A stretch of 53,756 nt of DNA from a virus: the IMG/VR virus record IMGVR_UViG_3300018411_000004; one strand, 5' to 3'. Positions 1 to 9,000 of the stretch are shown here, in pieces (positions within the stretch are counted from its first letter, which is position 1; every line of letters starts with the position of its first letter). Below the pieces are notes generated by a model. It had not been told where the DNA came from and searched no databases. It worked only from the letters and a program-made list of their open reading frames with translations. The position numbers were made by a program, and so were the translations under genes.

Positions 1-123
1 GAAAAGGAAGCTTAACAAGCTCCTTTCTCTTTTTGGCACGCGAAAATAACATATCATTATATGAAGAGAAGGCTTAGCTCAGAGGTAGAGCACTGGTGAA
101 AACCCAGGTGTCGTGAGGTTCGA
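1..123. repeat. Terminal direct repeat, copy 1 (identical to 53634-53756). Either circular-assembly overlap or terminal redundancy
   Basis: Read directly: both copies run gaaaaggaagcttaacaagc ... gtgtcgtgaggttcga. Confidence 0.95.
38..66 (+). promoter_or_regulatory. Phage-specific early promoter-like box ACGCGAA-N12-TTATATGAAG
   Basis: acgcgaa at 38-44 and ttatatgaag at 57-66. Same bipartite motif and spacing as about 11 other sites. Confidence 0.6.
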
Positions 124-138
124 ATCCCACACCTTTCT
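68..138 (+). tRNA. tRNA-like element, possibly a degenerate tRNA. Anticodon loop UGAAAAC, nominal anticodon AAA
   Basis: Canonical D-arm TAGCTCAGAGGTAGAGCA and T-loop GGTTCGAATCC. The acceptor GAAGGCT/ACCTTTC has one G-U pair and one C-C mismatch. The anticodon stem has only 4 clean bp (CTGG/CCAG). G sits where U33 is expected, and the T-stem has a bulged A. No encoded CCA. Confidence 0.45.
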
Positions 139-201
139 TCAAAGAAAAAGAATCAGCAATGATGGTGTGAAGCGAATGTTGGAGGTGAAAACCCTCTCGC
201 C

Positions 202-240
202 GCTGTAGGAGTTCGACTCTCCCTACAGCTCTTTTTATTT
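202..240 (+). terminator. Intrinsic terminator with a T-loop-like loop, preceded by a small hairpin at 181-197
   Basis: gctgtaggag / ctccctacagc forms a 10-bp stem with one bulged C and loop ttcgact, followed by tctttttatttt. The hairpin at 181-197 (ggagg-tgaaaac-cctct) has the same loop as the tRNA-like anticodon loop. Confidence 0.6.
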
Positions 241-268
241 TATTTTTAAAAATCATAGGAGGTACGAA

Positions 269-1138
269 ATGGTTAAGAATGTATTCAGAGGTAAAGAGAG
301 TCTTATTTTGACATCTCTAGGAGCAGTGGGGGTTATTGGTACGGGGATAAGTGCTGCATTGGCAACCCCTAAAGCTTTGAAACGGTTGGAACAGTTTGAG
401 GACTTCGAGTACGAAAAACAGATGCAAGAATATGAGGACAATGGTGGCGAAATGGCAGATGGTGGGTGTGCGTATATACCAATCGACTTTGAGTATAAAA
501 TGCCGGTATGGAGAAAAGCTTTAACGATTGCTCCATATTACTTACCATCTGTAATCATTGCCTCAGGCACAATCGCATGTATTATTTCCGCGCATAATCA
601 TAATTCAAAAATGCAGAAATCCTTAACAAGTGCTTATTTGGTCTTGGATGGTATGTATAAAGAATATCAAAACTCAGCAAAAGAATTGTATGGTGATGAT
701 GCCGATCATGATATTAAAAGGCAAATTGCGATTGGTCATTACGAGGATATCGTGTTATTTGAAGGTGAGACCTTGTTCCATGACGAATACTCTGGTCGAT
801 TTTTTAAGAGTACCATGGATGATGTTAAAGAAGCGGAATATCACTTGAACCGTAATTTTGCTTTACGTGGATATTGTGAGTTAAACGAGTTCTACGAGTT
901 CTTAGGCTTGGAAACAACAGATTACGGGCACACGATTGGATGGTCGCAAGAAGCAGGATTCGATTACGGATATTACTGGATCGATTTCAAACATTCTTTG
1001 GAGGTTACAGATGACGGTATTGAGTTTTATACAATATCTTACCCTTTCATGCCAACCAATGATTTTGACTACGAGTACAGAGATTATGAAGGATACTCAC
1101 GTTTTGTACCTCAAACATTGCAAGACACGCGAAAATAA
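269..1138 (+). CDS. Membrane-anchored protein, paralog family A copy 1 (function unknown)
   Basis: 289 aa, RBS aggagg. N-terminal TM helix plus ATPKA motif, and a C-terminal LNEFYEFLGL..IGW block shared with the ORFs at 2257 and 3700. Confidence 0.8.
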   Translation: MVKNVFRGKESLILTSLGAVGVIGTGISAALATPKALKRLEQFEDFEYEKQMQEYEDNGGEMADGGCAYIPIDFEYKMPVWRKALTIAPYYLPSVIIASGTIACIISAHNHNSKMQKSLTSAYLVLDGMYKEYQNSAKELYGDDADHDIKRQIAIGHYEDIVLFEGETLFHDEYSGRFFKSTMDDVKEAEYHLNRNFALRGYCELNEFYEFLGLETTDYGHTIGWSQEAGFDYGYYWIDFKHSLEVTDDGIEFYTISYPFMPTNDFDYEYRDYEGYSRFVPQTLQDTRK

Positions 1139-1155
1139 CATCTTATTATATGAAG
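1127..1155 (+). promoter_or_regulatory. Early promoter-like box ACGCGAA-N12-TTATATGAAG
   Basis: acgcgaa at 1127 and ttatatgaag at 1146. Overlaps the last codons of the upstream CDS. Confidence 0.55.
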
Positions 1156-1179
1156 AATAAATTTTAGGAGGATGTTAAA

Positions 1180-1365
1180 ATGAAATTTGGTATTGATTTA
1201 GATAATGAAAAGGTAGTAAAAGTTATTGGCGGTATCACAATGGTAGCTGGGGTTGGATTATCAATCGCAGAGAGCATATTGAGCGACAAGGCTATGGACA
1301 GAAAAATTGATAAAAGAATATCAAACAAAATGAAACACTCACATAGAGGGTATTCAAAACATTAG
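1180..1365 (+). CDS. Small single-TM early protein
   Basis: 61 aa, RBS taggagg. Its TM segment GGITMVAGVGLSIAES resembles that of the ORF at 1450. Confidence 0.7.
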   Translation: MKFGIDLDNEKVVKVIGGITMVAGVGLSIAESILSDKAMDRKIDKRISNKMKHSHRGYSKH

Positions 1366-1392
1366 GGAGCGACAAGCTCTCTTTTGTTTTTA
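1366..1392 (+). terminator. Weak intrinsic terminator
   Basis: ggagc-gaca-agctc hairpin followed by tcttttgttttt. Confidence 0.4.
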
Positions 1393-1420
1393 CGCGAATT
1401 TTACACCTCATTATATGAAG
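1392..1420 (+). promoter_or_regulatory. Early promoter-like box
   Basis: acgcgaa at 1392 and ttatatgaag at 1411. Confidence 0.55.
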
Positions 1421-1449
1421 AATATTAAAGTACATGGAGGTACGAAGAA

Positions 1450-1638
1450 ATGAACTTAAAAGGTATTAATTGGATGAAGATTGCTAGCGGAGCAACAACA
1501 GTTGTAGGTATTGGTTTAACCTTTGCAAACGACTGGTTGGCAGAAAAGAATCTTGATGCAAAAATTACTAAGAAAGTTGAAGAGAAGTTTTCTCAACTGA
1601 ACTTAAGTATTGATTCAAAAGAGGATAAAGAGTCTTAA
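1450..1638 (+). CDS. Small single-TM early protein, paralog of 1180..1365
   Basis: 62 aa, RBS catggaggtacgaagaaatg. Its stop codon lies inside the terminator hairpin. Confidence 0.7.
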   Translation: MNLKGINWMKIASGATTVVGIGLTFANDWLAEKNLDAKITKKVEEKFSQLNLSIDSKEDKES

Positions 1639-1657
1639 CAGGCTCTTTTCTCTTTTG
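1629..1657 (+). terminator. Intrinsic terminator (cassette type)
   Basis: gagtct-taac-aggctc hairpin followed by ttttctctttt. Confidence 0.6.
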
Positions 1658-1690
1658 GCTAAAAATATAAGTACGTGGAGGTACGAAGAA

Positions 1691-2257
1691 ATGAAACCAG
1701 TAGATACGGTTATTGATAATTATTGTTACGAAGACGCTAAATCAACATATGACGCATATTTAAAATTTAAAAAGAGTAAAATTAAAAAAAATATGGTAGT
1801 TGGAGTTGCGGCGTTAGTATTAGGAGGTATTGTTGGTGCTGGGATTATGAAAGGTGTAATGACTATTCAACTTAAAAATGGTTTGGAAGATTTTAAAAAG
1901 AACTTTAAGTCTGAATTAGAATCGGCTTTGGAGGCCGATCGAAAAGAATCTTTATCAAAACGATCTATCTATTCAAACCATAATGGTCTGATAAGAAAAC
2001 AAGTTATTGACCAACCATCAGATGTTATCTTTGGTAATGGACAAATAGCCTGGAGTGTTGTCAGCGACATGGAGGATCTTATAGCTCGTTATGGTAAAGT
2101 GACCGTTGGCGATTTCTACCGTATATCTGGGATCGAAGGACAATACACAGACGAATCCATGGGTTGGACAAATATAGACAACATAACGAGTCGTGAGAAC
2201 AGATGTGGTGTATCTTTAAATATACCAGAACCAATTGAATTAGAAGGAGAAAAATAA
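1691..2257 (+). CDS. Paralog family B copy 1 (function unknown), with an N-terminal TM segment
   Basis: Start chosen at the ATG after gtacgtggaggtacgaagaa. The C-terminal block YGKVTVGDFYRISG..YTD..GW...LNIPEPIEL parallels the ORF at 3025. Confidence 0.75.
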   Translation: MKPVDTVIDNYCYEDAKSTYDAYLKFKKSKIKKNMVVGVAALVLGGIVGAGIMKGVMTIQLKNGLEDFKKNFKSELESALEADRKESLSKRSIYSNHNGLIRKQVIDQPSDVIFGNGQIAWSVVSDMEDLIARYGKVTVGDFYRISGIEGQYTDESMGWTNIDNITSRENRCGVSLNIPEPIELEGEK

Positions 2258-3015
2258 TGAAAAGTAAAATGAGAACATACGCAGAAGATCATGCATCTGA
2301 AATATTAACAGGTGTAGGGATTGTTGGAATGGTTGGAAGCACGGTGTTAGCGGTAAAAGCTACACCTAAGGCTATGATGTTAATTGAGGAGAAGAAAGAT
2401 GAACTTGAGACTGAAAAACTTAACCACGTTGATCTGCTCAAAACTACTTGGAGAGCATATTTACCAGCAACCGCCGTTGGAGTGCTTTCTATTACTTGTC
2501 TGGTGGGGAGTGCTAGTGTAAATGCGAAACGTAGCGCAGCTTTAGCAGCGGCCTGCACGTTATCGGAAAATGCATTCAGAACATATGCCGAGAAAACGCT
2601 TGAGGTAGTCGGTAAGGAAAAAGAACAAGAAATCAGACAATTTGTAGGACGTCAGAAAATTAAGGATAACCCTCCACCGGATAGTACAAATCAAATCTAT
2701 ATTTGCAGTGATGGTGAGGAAGTATGTTTCGAAGGAACATCTGGGCGATATTTCAAGACGAATATGAATTCCATCAAGCAGGCTGAGAACGCTTTTAATA
2801 AACGAATGCTTGAAGAAATGACGATGTCTCTGAACGACTATTACTACGAACTTGGATTAGACAGTGTTAGTCTCGGGGATATTATCGGATGGGATTTAGA
2901 AGACGGTATGGTTGAATTTAAGGTTGGATCGATCCTTTCAGATGATGGTAAGCCATGTATATACCTGGAACCGTCAATTCAACCACGTCACGATTTCAGA
3001 GATCGATATAGATAG
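2257..3015 (+). CDS. Membrane-anchored protein, paralog family A copy 2
   Basis: 252 aa. N-terminal ILTGVGIVGMVGSTVLAVKATPKA, and C-terminal RYFKTNM...LNDYYYELGL..IIGW. Confidence 0.8.
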   Translation: MKSKMRTYAEDHASEILTGVGIVGMVGSTVLAVKATPKAMMLIEEKKDELETEKLNHVDLLKTTWRAYLPATAVGVLSITCLVGSASVNAKRSAALAAACTLSENAFRTYAEKTLEVVGKEKEQEIRQFVGRQKIKDNPPPDSTNQIYICSDGEEVCFEGTSGRYFKTNMNSIKQAENAFNKRMLEEMTMSLNDYYYELGLDSVSLGDIIGWDLEDGMVEFKVGSILSDDGKPCIYLEPSIQPRHDFRDRYR

Positions 3016-3024
3016 GAGGATAAC

Positions 3025-3669
3025 ATGGATTACACCAAATCAAACTCTCATAAGAGTAAAGCCGTTGCGAAAGAAAATGCCGAACCGAAGAAGAAAAACA
3101 TCGGCAAGGTTATAGAAGGTCAGGCTAAAATCGGTAAGAAGAGTGAACTGCAGAAAATGGCAGATGCATTCTTACCGGAAGAAGGATTGTCTGGTATTAA
3201 AGACCATATTATTATGGACGTAGTTGTGCCAACAATCAAAAAGATTATTTCGGACACTGTAGAGACTATTCTCTACGGTGCTACCGGGATGACTCCAAGA
3301 AATGGTTCGAATTCGAATAAATCAAAAACTTCATACGGAAGTTATTACGCTCGTAAAGAGGAAGAAGAAAGATATGCAAGACCTGTAGGATCTTCTAGAA
3401 TGAACGCTACTTATAGTTATGAGGAAATCATCTTAGAAACTCGTGGTCAAGCTTTAAATGTCATTGCTTGTATGGAAGATATAATCGAAACATACGAATG
3501 CGTCAGTATCGCTGATTTATACGAAATGGTCGATCTTACCGGAAATTACACAGATAATAACTATGGATGGCTTGATCTTCGAGGAGCTAGAGTTGAACAG
3601 TTAAGACGTGGTGGGTATGCTTTGAGATTACCAAAGCCTATAAAATTACCAATGGCAGTAATCGGTTAA
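3025..3669 (+). CDS. Paralog family B copy 2
   Basis: 214 aa. C-terminal YECVSIADLYEMVDLTGNYTDNNYGW...LRLPKPIKL matches the ORF at 1691. Confidence 0.8.
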   Translation: MDYTKSNSHKSKAVAKENAEPKKKNIGKVIEGQAKIGKKSELQKMADAFLPEEGLSGIKDHIIMDVVVPTIKKIISDTVETILYGATGMTPRNGSNSNKSKTSYGSYYARKEEEERYARPVGSSRMNATYSYEEIILETRGQALNVIACMEDIIETYECVSIADLYEMVDLTGNYTDNNYGWLDLRGARVEQLRRGGYALRLPKPIKLPMAVIG

Positions 3670-3699
3670 TAAAATATAAATAATAAGGAGAATATAATA

Positions 3700-4632
3700 A
3701 TGAACTTAAAAAATACAGTAAGTAAAGTAGGATTCGCATTGCAGAAAAATGCCCCAGACATCTTAATGGGTGTTGGGGTTGTAGGATTCGTAACCAGTTC
3801 GGTTTTAACCGGTCGAGCAAGTACGAAACTAAATACGCATCTGGAGGAAGTAAAGGAAAATTTACAGAATGTTGACAAGGTTCTCGAGGGAGCTAAAAAC
3901 GGTACTGTCGACTACACAGAAGAAGATGCTAAGAAAGATCGGGCGCTTATTTATGTACAAGGAGCTTTAAAGATTGGCAAGTTATATGCCCCAGCTGTAT
4001 CAGTAGGCGTGTTCTCAATCGGTTGCGTGTTGAAATCTCATGACATCATGAAAAACCGTATGTTATCTTTAAGCGCTGCCTATGCGACATTAGCTGTAGG
4101 ATTCAAAGCATACCAAGAACGAGTGGCTGCAAGATATGGTGAGGAAGCCGAACGAGAAATTCGATATAACATCAGCACTGTTAGAACCACCGAAACGGTT
4201 GTTGGTAAAAAGGGTAAGGAAACTGAAATCGTAACTGACACAAAAGTTATTGACGCTGAAAACATGCACAGCCCATACGCAAAGATCTTTGACGAAACAA
4301 ATCAGTATTGGGAGCGAGATCCTGAATTCAACTTATCGTTCCTGACAGCTCAGCAAAGATTTGCAAATGACAAGCTTCATGCTCGTGGTCATTTATATTT
4401 GAATGAGGTATATGATATGTTAGGATTCCCTCGAACCAGAGCAGGTCAAGTAGTAGGTTGGATCTGGGATAAGACGAATGAAAGTATTGGCGATAACTAT
4501 ATTGACTTTGGAATCTTCAATGTTAATAGTAAAAAAGCTGCAGATTTTGTAAATGGGTATGAACCAGCAATTGTGTTAGATTTTAATGTCGATGGCAATA
4601 TTCTGGATCGACAATTCGAAACTATGGGTTAA
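3700..4632 (+). CDS. Membrane-anchored protein, paralog family A copy 3
   Basis: 310 aa. N-terminal ILMGVGVVGFVTSSVLTGRAS, and C-terminal LNEVYDMLGF..VVGW. Confidence 0.8.
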   Translation: MNLKNTVSKVGFALQKNAPDILMGVGVVGFVTSSVLTGRASTKLNTHLEEVKENLQNVDKVLEGAKNGTVDYTEEDAKKDRALIYVQGALKIGKLYAPAVSVGVFSIGCVLKSHDIMKNRMLSLSAAYATLAVGFKAYQERVAARYGEEAEREIRYNISTVRTTETVVGKKGKETEIVTDTKVIDAENMHSPYAKIFDETNQYWERDPEFNLSFLTAQQRFANDKLHARGHLYLNEVYDMLGFPRTRAGQVVGWIWDKTNESIGDNYIDFGIFNVNSKKAADFVNGYEPAIVLDFNVDGNILDRQFETMG

Positions 4633-4644
4633 GGAGGAATATCA

Positions 4645-5373
4645 ATGAATGCACCATATGCAATTTTGGCTTTCGTAACGGGCGCTCTCTTAGGGGTATC
4701 CGTTACGGGAACTATATTAAAAATAAAGTATGCTAAAGATCTGGAAAGAGAGGTTGATTCTGTAATCGAATCATTCTCAGCTGCGCCAAGAGTTATATTC
4801 AAGGATAAGAAAGATGAAGTTGAGGAACACGTCGAATCTTCAACCGTATCTGGAGATGCTCCGAAATTATCACTTGTAAATGATGAGGGTACCGATATAG
4901 CTCAAGGATTTTACTACAGCCCAGAAAACGATGCGGATAAGTTCAAACCGCAGGTTAAAAAATACTACGACGTTCATGGAAATGAATTGGTAGTAAATGA
5001 TGACGGTGTTTATGAAGAAGAATATGAAGAGGAGCTTCCTGAACTAACTGAGGACGACGCGTTTGCTTACGAAGAACCATATTCCATAAGTCCTGATGAA
5101 GTTGAGCCGCTTATTGAAGAAGGATATTCGGTTCTTAACTGGACTGTATATCAAGGATGCGATGATAGTAAACTGGTTGCAGACGAAAATGATGAGTTGG
5201 TAGATCACGCCGAGATTGAACGGACTATCGGCGTTGGGGTTGAGTGTCTAGGCGAATATGAGCCGGACATAGCGCATATATGCAACGACCGCTTACGTTG
5301 CGTTATTGAATTAACGGAAGACTTGCGTAACTATTCCGATATAATGAAAGCGATGTCGTTCATAAATCAATAG
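4645..5373 (+). CDS. Hypothetical protein with an N-terminal TM segment and a very acidic body
   Basis: 242 aa, RBS aaggagg. Confidence 0.75.
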   Translation: MNAPYAILAFVTGALLGVSVTGTILKIKYAKDLEREVDSVIESFSAAPRVIFKDKKDEVEEHVESSTVSGDAPKLSLVNDEGTDIAQGFYYSPENDADKFKPQVKKYYDVHGNELVVNDDGVYEEEYEEELPELTEDDAFAYEEPYSISPDEVEPLIEEGYSVLNWTVYQGCDDSKLVADENDELVDHAEIERTIGVGVECLGEYEPDIAHICNDRLRCVIELTEDLRNYSDIMKAMSFINQ

Positions 5374-5927
5374 TGATTCGAGAAGAATATTACAAATGGT
5401 TATGTCACTTCGTTTTTACCTCACGTAGAAGAAATTACAAACGTCTGATTAAATATCTGCATAGCGTAGAGTTTACATATTTCATACCATTCGATGAAAA
5501 CCGGTACGAAGATGGTATTGAATTACGCAGACGATTTGCAATCGAATCCGGTTATATGCAAGATCATTTAATAAATATCATGGGTGACGATCCGTGTAGC
5601 GTATTAGAAATGATGATAGCATTGGCGATTCGATGTGAGGAAAATATAATGGAGGACATCGAAATTGGCGATAGAACGGGTCAATGGTTTTGGGCCATGA
5701 TCGATAATGCGGGGTTCGGTTCGCTGACTGATATTAATTTCAATTCGAGAGAAGCTGATTTTATAACAAATAGAATACTTAATCGTGAGTACGGTCCTTG
5801 TGGTGAAGGTGGGTTATTTTACATAAAACACAATTGTCATGCGGACTTACGTACGGTTGAACTTTGGTATCAACTTAATTGGTACTTAGCATCATATATT
5901 AAGGAGATGAACGAATATGAATACTAA
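5373..5927 (+). CDS. Hypothetical protein
   Basis: 184 aa, TAGTG start/stop overlap with the upstream gene. Confidence 0.7.
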   Translation: MIREEYYKWLCHFVFTSRRRNYKRLIKYLHSVEFTYFIPFDENRYEDGIELRRRFAIESGYMQDHLINIMGDDPCSVLEMMIALAIRCEENIMEDIEIGDRTGQWFWAMIDNAGFGSLTDINFNSREADFITNRILNREYGPCGEGGLFYIKHNCHADLRTVELWYQLNWYLASYIKEMNEYEY

Positions 5928-6096
5928 ATTAGCTAAGACGGTTGTTGTAATCGAGTTAGATGATAAATTTATAAGAGCTTACACCAGAGCTCGCAGACGA
6001 CGAGGTTTTAATAAGCTCTTAAGATGGGGCGCGGTTCTGGTGTTATCGTATTATATCTACGAGTTTTTAGAAGGACGGTATAAGAAAGGGATGTAG
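5917..6096 (+). CDS. Small hypothetical protein (59 aa) with a C-terminal TM segment
   Basis: Below the ORF-track cutoff. aaggag lies 10 nt upstream of the ATG, and the ORF fills the gap before the replicase gene. Confidence 0.45.
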   Translation: MNTKLAKTVVVIELDDKFIRAYTRARRRRGFNKLLRWGAVLVLSYYIYEFLEGRYKKGM

Positions 6097-6099
6097 GAT

Positions 6100-9000
6100 G
6101 TGCTAGACTTTTTAATGATTGCAACCAGAAGCACTAAGAAAGGTGCTATTGAAGTATATCCTAAATTCTTAATAAAGAAGAGTAAGGATCTTATGATTCG
6201 AGGTGGGGATTTCTATGCTGTGTGGGACGAGGCTCAAAATCGATGGTCTTTAGATGAACACGCAGCCTTACGAATGATCGACAAGGAATTGGTAACATAC
6301 ACCGAAGAACGATGCGATAAATTTGATGGTGAAGTTCGAGTGCTACATTTATGGGATTCATCTTCAGGCATGATCGATAACTGGCATAAATATTGTCAGA
6401 AACAAATGCGAGATTCGTTCCACCCACTTGATGAAAAACTGGTATTCGCAAATGAGGAGACAACCAAAGAGGATTATGTTACACGAACTTTAACATATCC
6501 TTTAGAGTCTGGGGATATCTCGGCATACGAACGTATGATGTCAGTGTTATATTCTCCGGATGAACGTATGAAAATTGAGTGGGCGATCGGATCGATCGTT
6601 ACTGGCGAATCCGTTAATATACAGAAGTTCTTAGTATTCTACGGATCTGCCGGTACAGGTAAATCGACAGTTCTTAATTTGATTCAGAAGTTATTTGATG
6701 GATATTACACGGTCTTCGATGCTAAAGCATTGGGATCTACGAGTAACTCATTTGCTCTGGAAGCATTTAAGACGAACCCATTAGTAGCGATTCAGCACGA
6801 CGGGGATCTTTCGAGAATTGCAGATAATACTCGACTTAACAGCGTGGTTTCACATGAGTTAATGACTGTAAATGAGAAGTTCAAAGCTACATACGCTAGT
6901 AAATTCAAATGTTTCTTATTTATGGGTACGAACAAACCGGTAAAGATCACAGACGCTAAGTCGGGACTTATCCGAAGACTTATTGACGTTTCTCCCACCG
7001 GGGATAAATTACCGTCAGTAGAATATAAAGCAGTAGTACATCAACTTGATTTCGAATTGGGTGCCATCGCATATCATTGCGCTGAAGTTTACAAAAACAA
7101 CAAATCGAAATATGATGATTACATCCCAACTACAATGCTGGGCGCTTCGAATGATTTCTATAACTATATTGAAGACGCTTTTTATGTGTTTAAGGATGAA
7201 GACGGTGTAACTCTTAAAACTGCTTGGGAACGATATAAAACATATTGTACGGAGGCACATGTTCAGTATCCATTTTCACAAAGAGCGTTTAAAGAAGAAC
7301 TGAAGAATTACTTTAAAGAATATAAAGAACGTCATGTTTTAGCGGATGGAACGAGGGTGAGAAGTTATTTTGAGGGCTTTCGTTATGATAAGTTTGAAAG
7401 AGTTCAAGAGGAGGATCACGACGAATGTCCTGAGAATTTAAAGACTATTATATTTAATGGTAAAGAATCTGAATTTGACAAACAGTGCAAATCTTGTCCA
7501 GCACAGTACGCATCCGAGCAAGGATCGCCTGTCATGAAGTGGGCAAATGTGAAAACTAAGCTATCTAAAATAGACACATCCAAGTTGCATTATGTAAAAG
7601 TTCCAGAGAATCATATTGTGATCGATTTCGATTTGACGGAGAATGGCGAGAAGTCGCTGGAACTGAATTTAAAAGAGGCTAGTAAATGGCCAGAGACATA
7701 CGCTGAGGTAAGTAAAAGTGGTAAAGGTATCCATCTGCATTATATTTATTCAGGTGATGCTTCCAAACTGTCTCGAGTATATGACGAACATATAGAAATA
7801 AAAGTGTTTGTCGGTAACGCTTCGCTACGAAGGAAACTAACGAAGTTTAACGATAAACCTATAAACACTATAAGCTCTGGCCTACCCTTGAAAGGAGACA
7901 AGGTGATTAATTTCGATTCGGTAAAAAATGAAAAGGCGATACGTACGTTAATTCATAAAAATATTTATAAGGAATACCACCCTGGCACCAAACCAAGTAT
8001 CGAGTTTATACACAAGATACTCGAGGATGCTTATGAAAGTGGAGTACCTTATGATGTTCGAGATATGGAAAATGTTGTGTTTGCATTTGCAGCGAGTAGC
8101 ACCAACCATGCTGAATATTGTATGGATTTGGTTGAGACTATGAAGTTTAAATCGGAGGATATTTCCGAAAATGGCGTTAACGAGGATGTTTCGGCGCTGG
8201 TGTTTTATGATGTTGAGGTCTTTCCAAATTTATTCATTGTAAACTATAAGGCGGAAGGAGAAAATAAACCTGTTGTACGAATGATCAACCCAACGTCAAA
8301 AGATATTGAAGGATTACTTCGATACAAACTTGTAGGATTCAACTGTAGGCGTTACGATAATCATATTCTTTACGGACGTCTTATCGGGTATACGAACGAA
8401 CAACTGTATGAGTTATCAATGCGGATTATCAATAATAAACCAAATGCATATTTCGGTGAGGCTTGGAATATATCTTATACGGATGTATACGACTTCTCAT
8501 CTGAAAAGAAATCTTTGAAGAAGTTTGAAATCGAACTGGGTATTCACCATCAGGAACTTGGACTGCCTTGGGATCAACCTGTGCCTGAAGAACTTTGGGT
8601 TAAGGTCGCTGAGTATTGTGATAACGATATTATTGCGACCGAAGCAGTGTTCCATGCAAGACAATCGGACTGGTTAGCACGACAGATACTGGCAGATATT
8701 GCTGGAAAATCTGTTAACACGACTACGAACTCCCTATCGACTCGAATTATATTTGGAGATAACAAGACTCCTCAGGATGAGTTTAATTATCGTGATATGG
8801 GTAAAGTGGATGATAAATGCTCAACGATATCCATGACTGATAAAGGCGTGTTGTTTGACAACTTTGCGGACGATGAGCATTGTTTATTTGACGAGTTTAA
8901 TCGACCGGTGTTCCCTGGCTATAAATATGAAGCTGGTAAATCGCATTATCGTGGAGAAGTTGTTGGAGAAGGCGGTTACGTATATTCTGAACCGGGCATG

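Noticed and set aside
181-236. A second tRNA gene downstream of the first
   Set aside because: It has an anticodon-arm-like hairpin and a T-loop-like hairpin. There is no D-arm and no 5' acceptor strand. The T-stem continues as a 10-bp helix followed by a T-run, so it behaves as a terminator hairpin.
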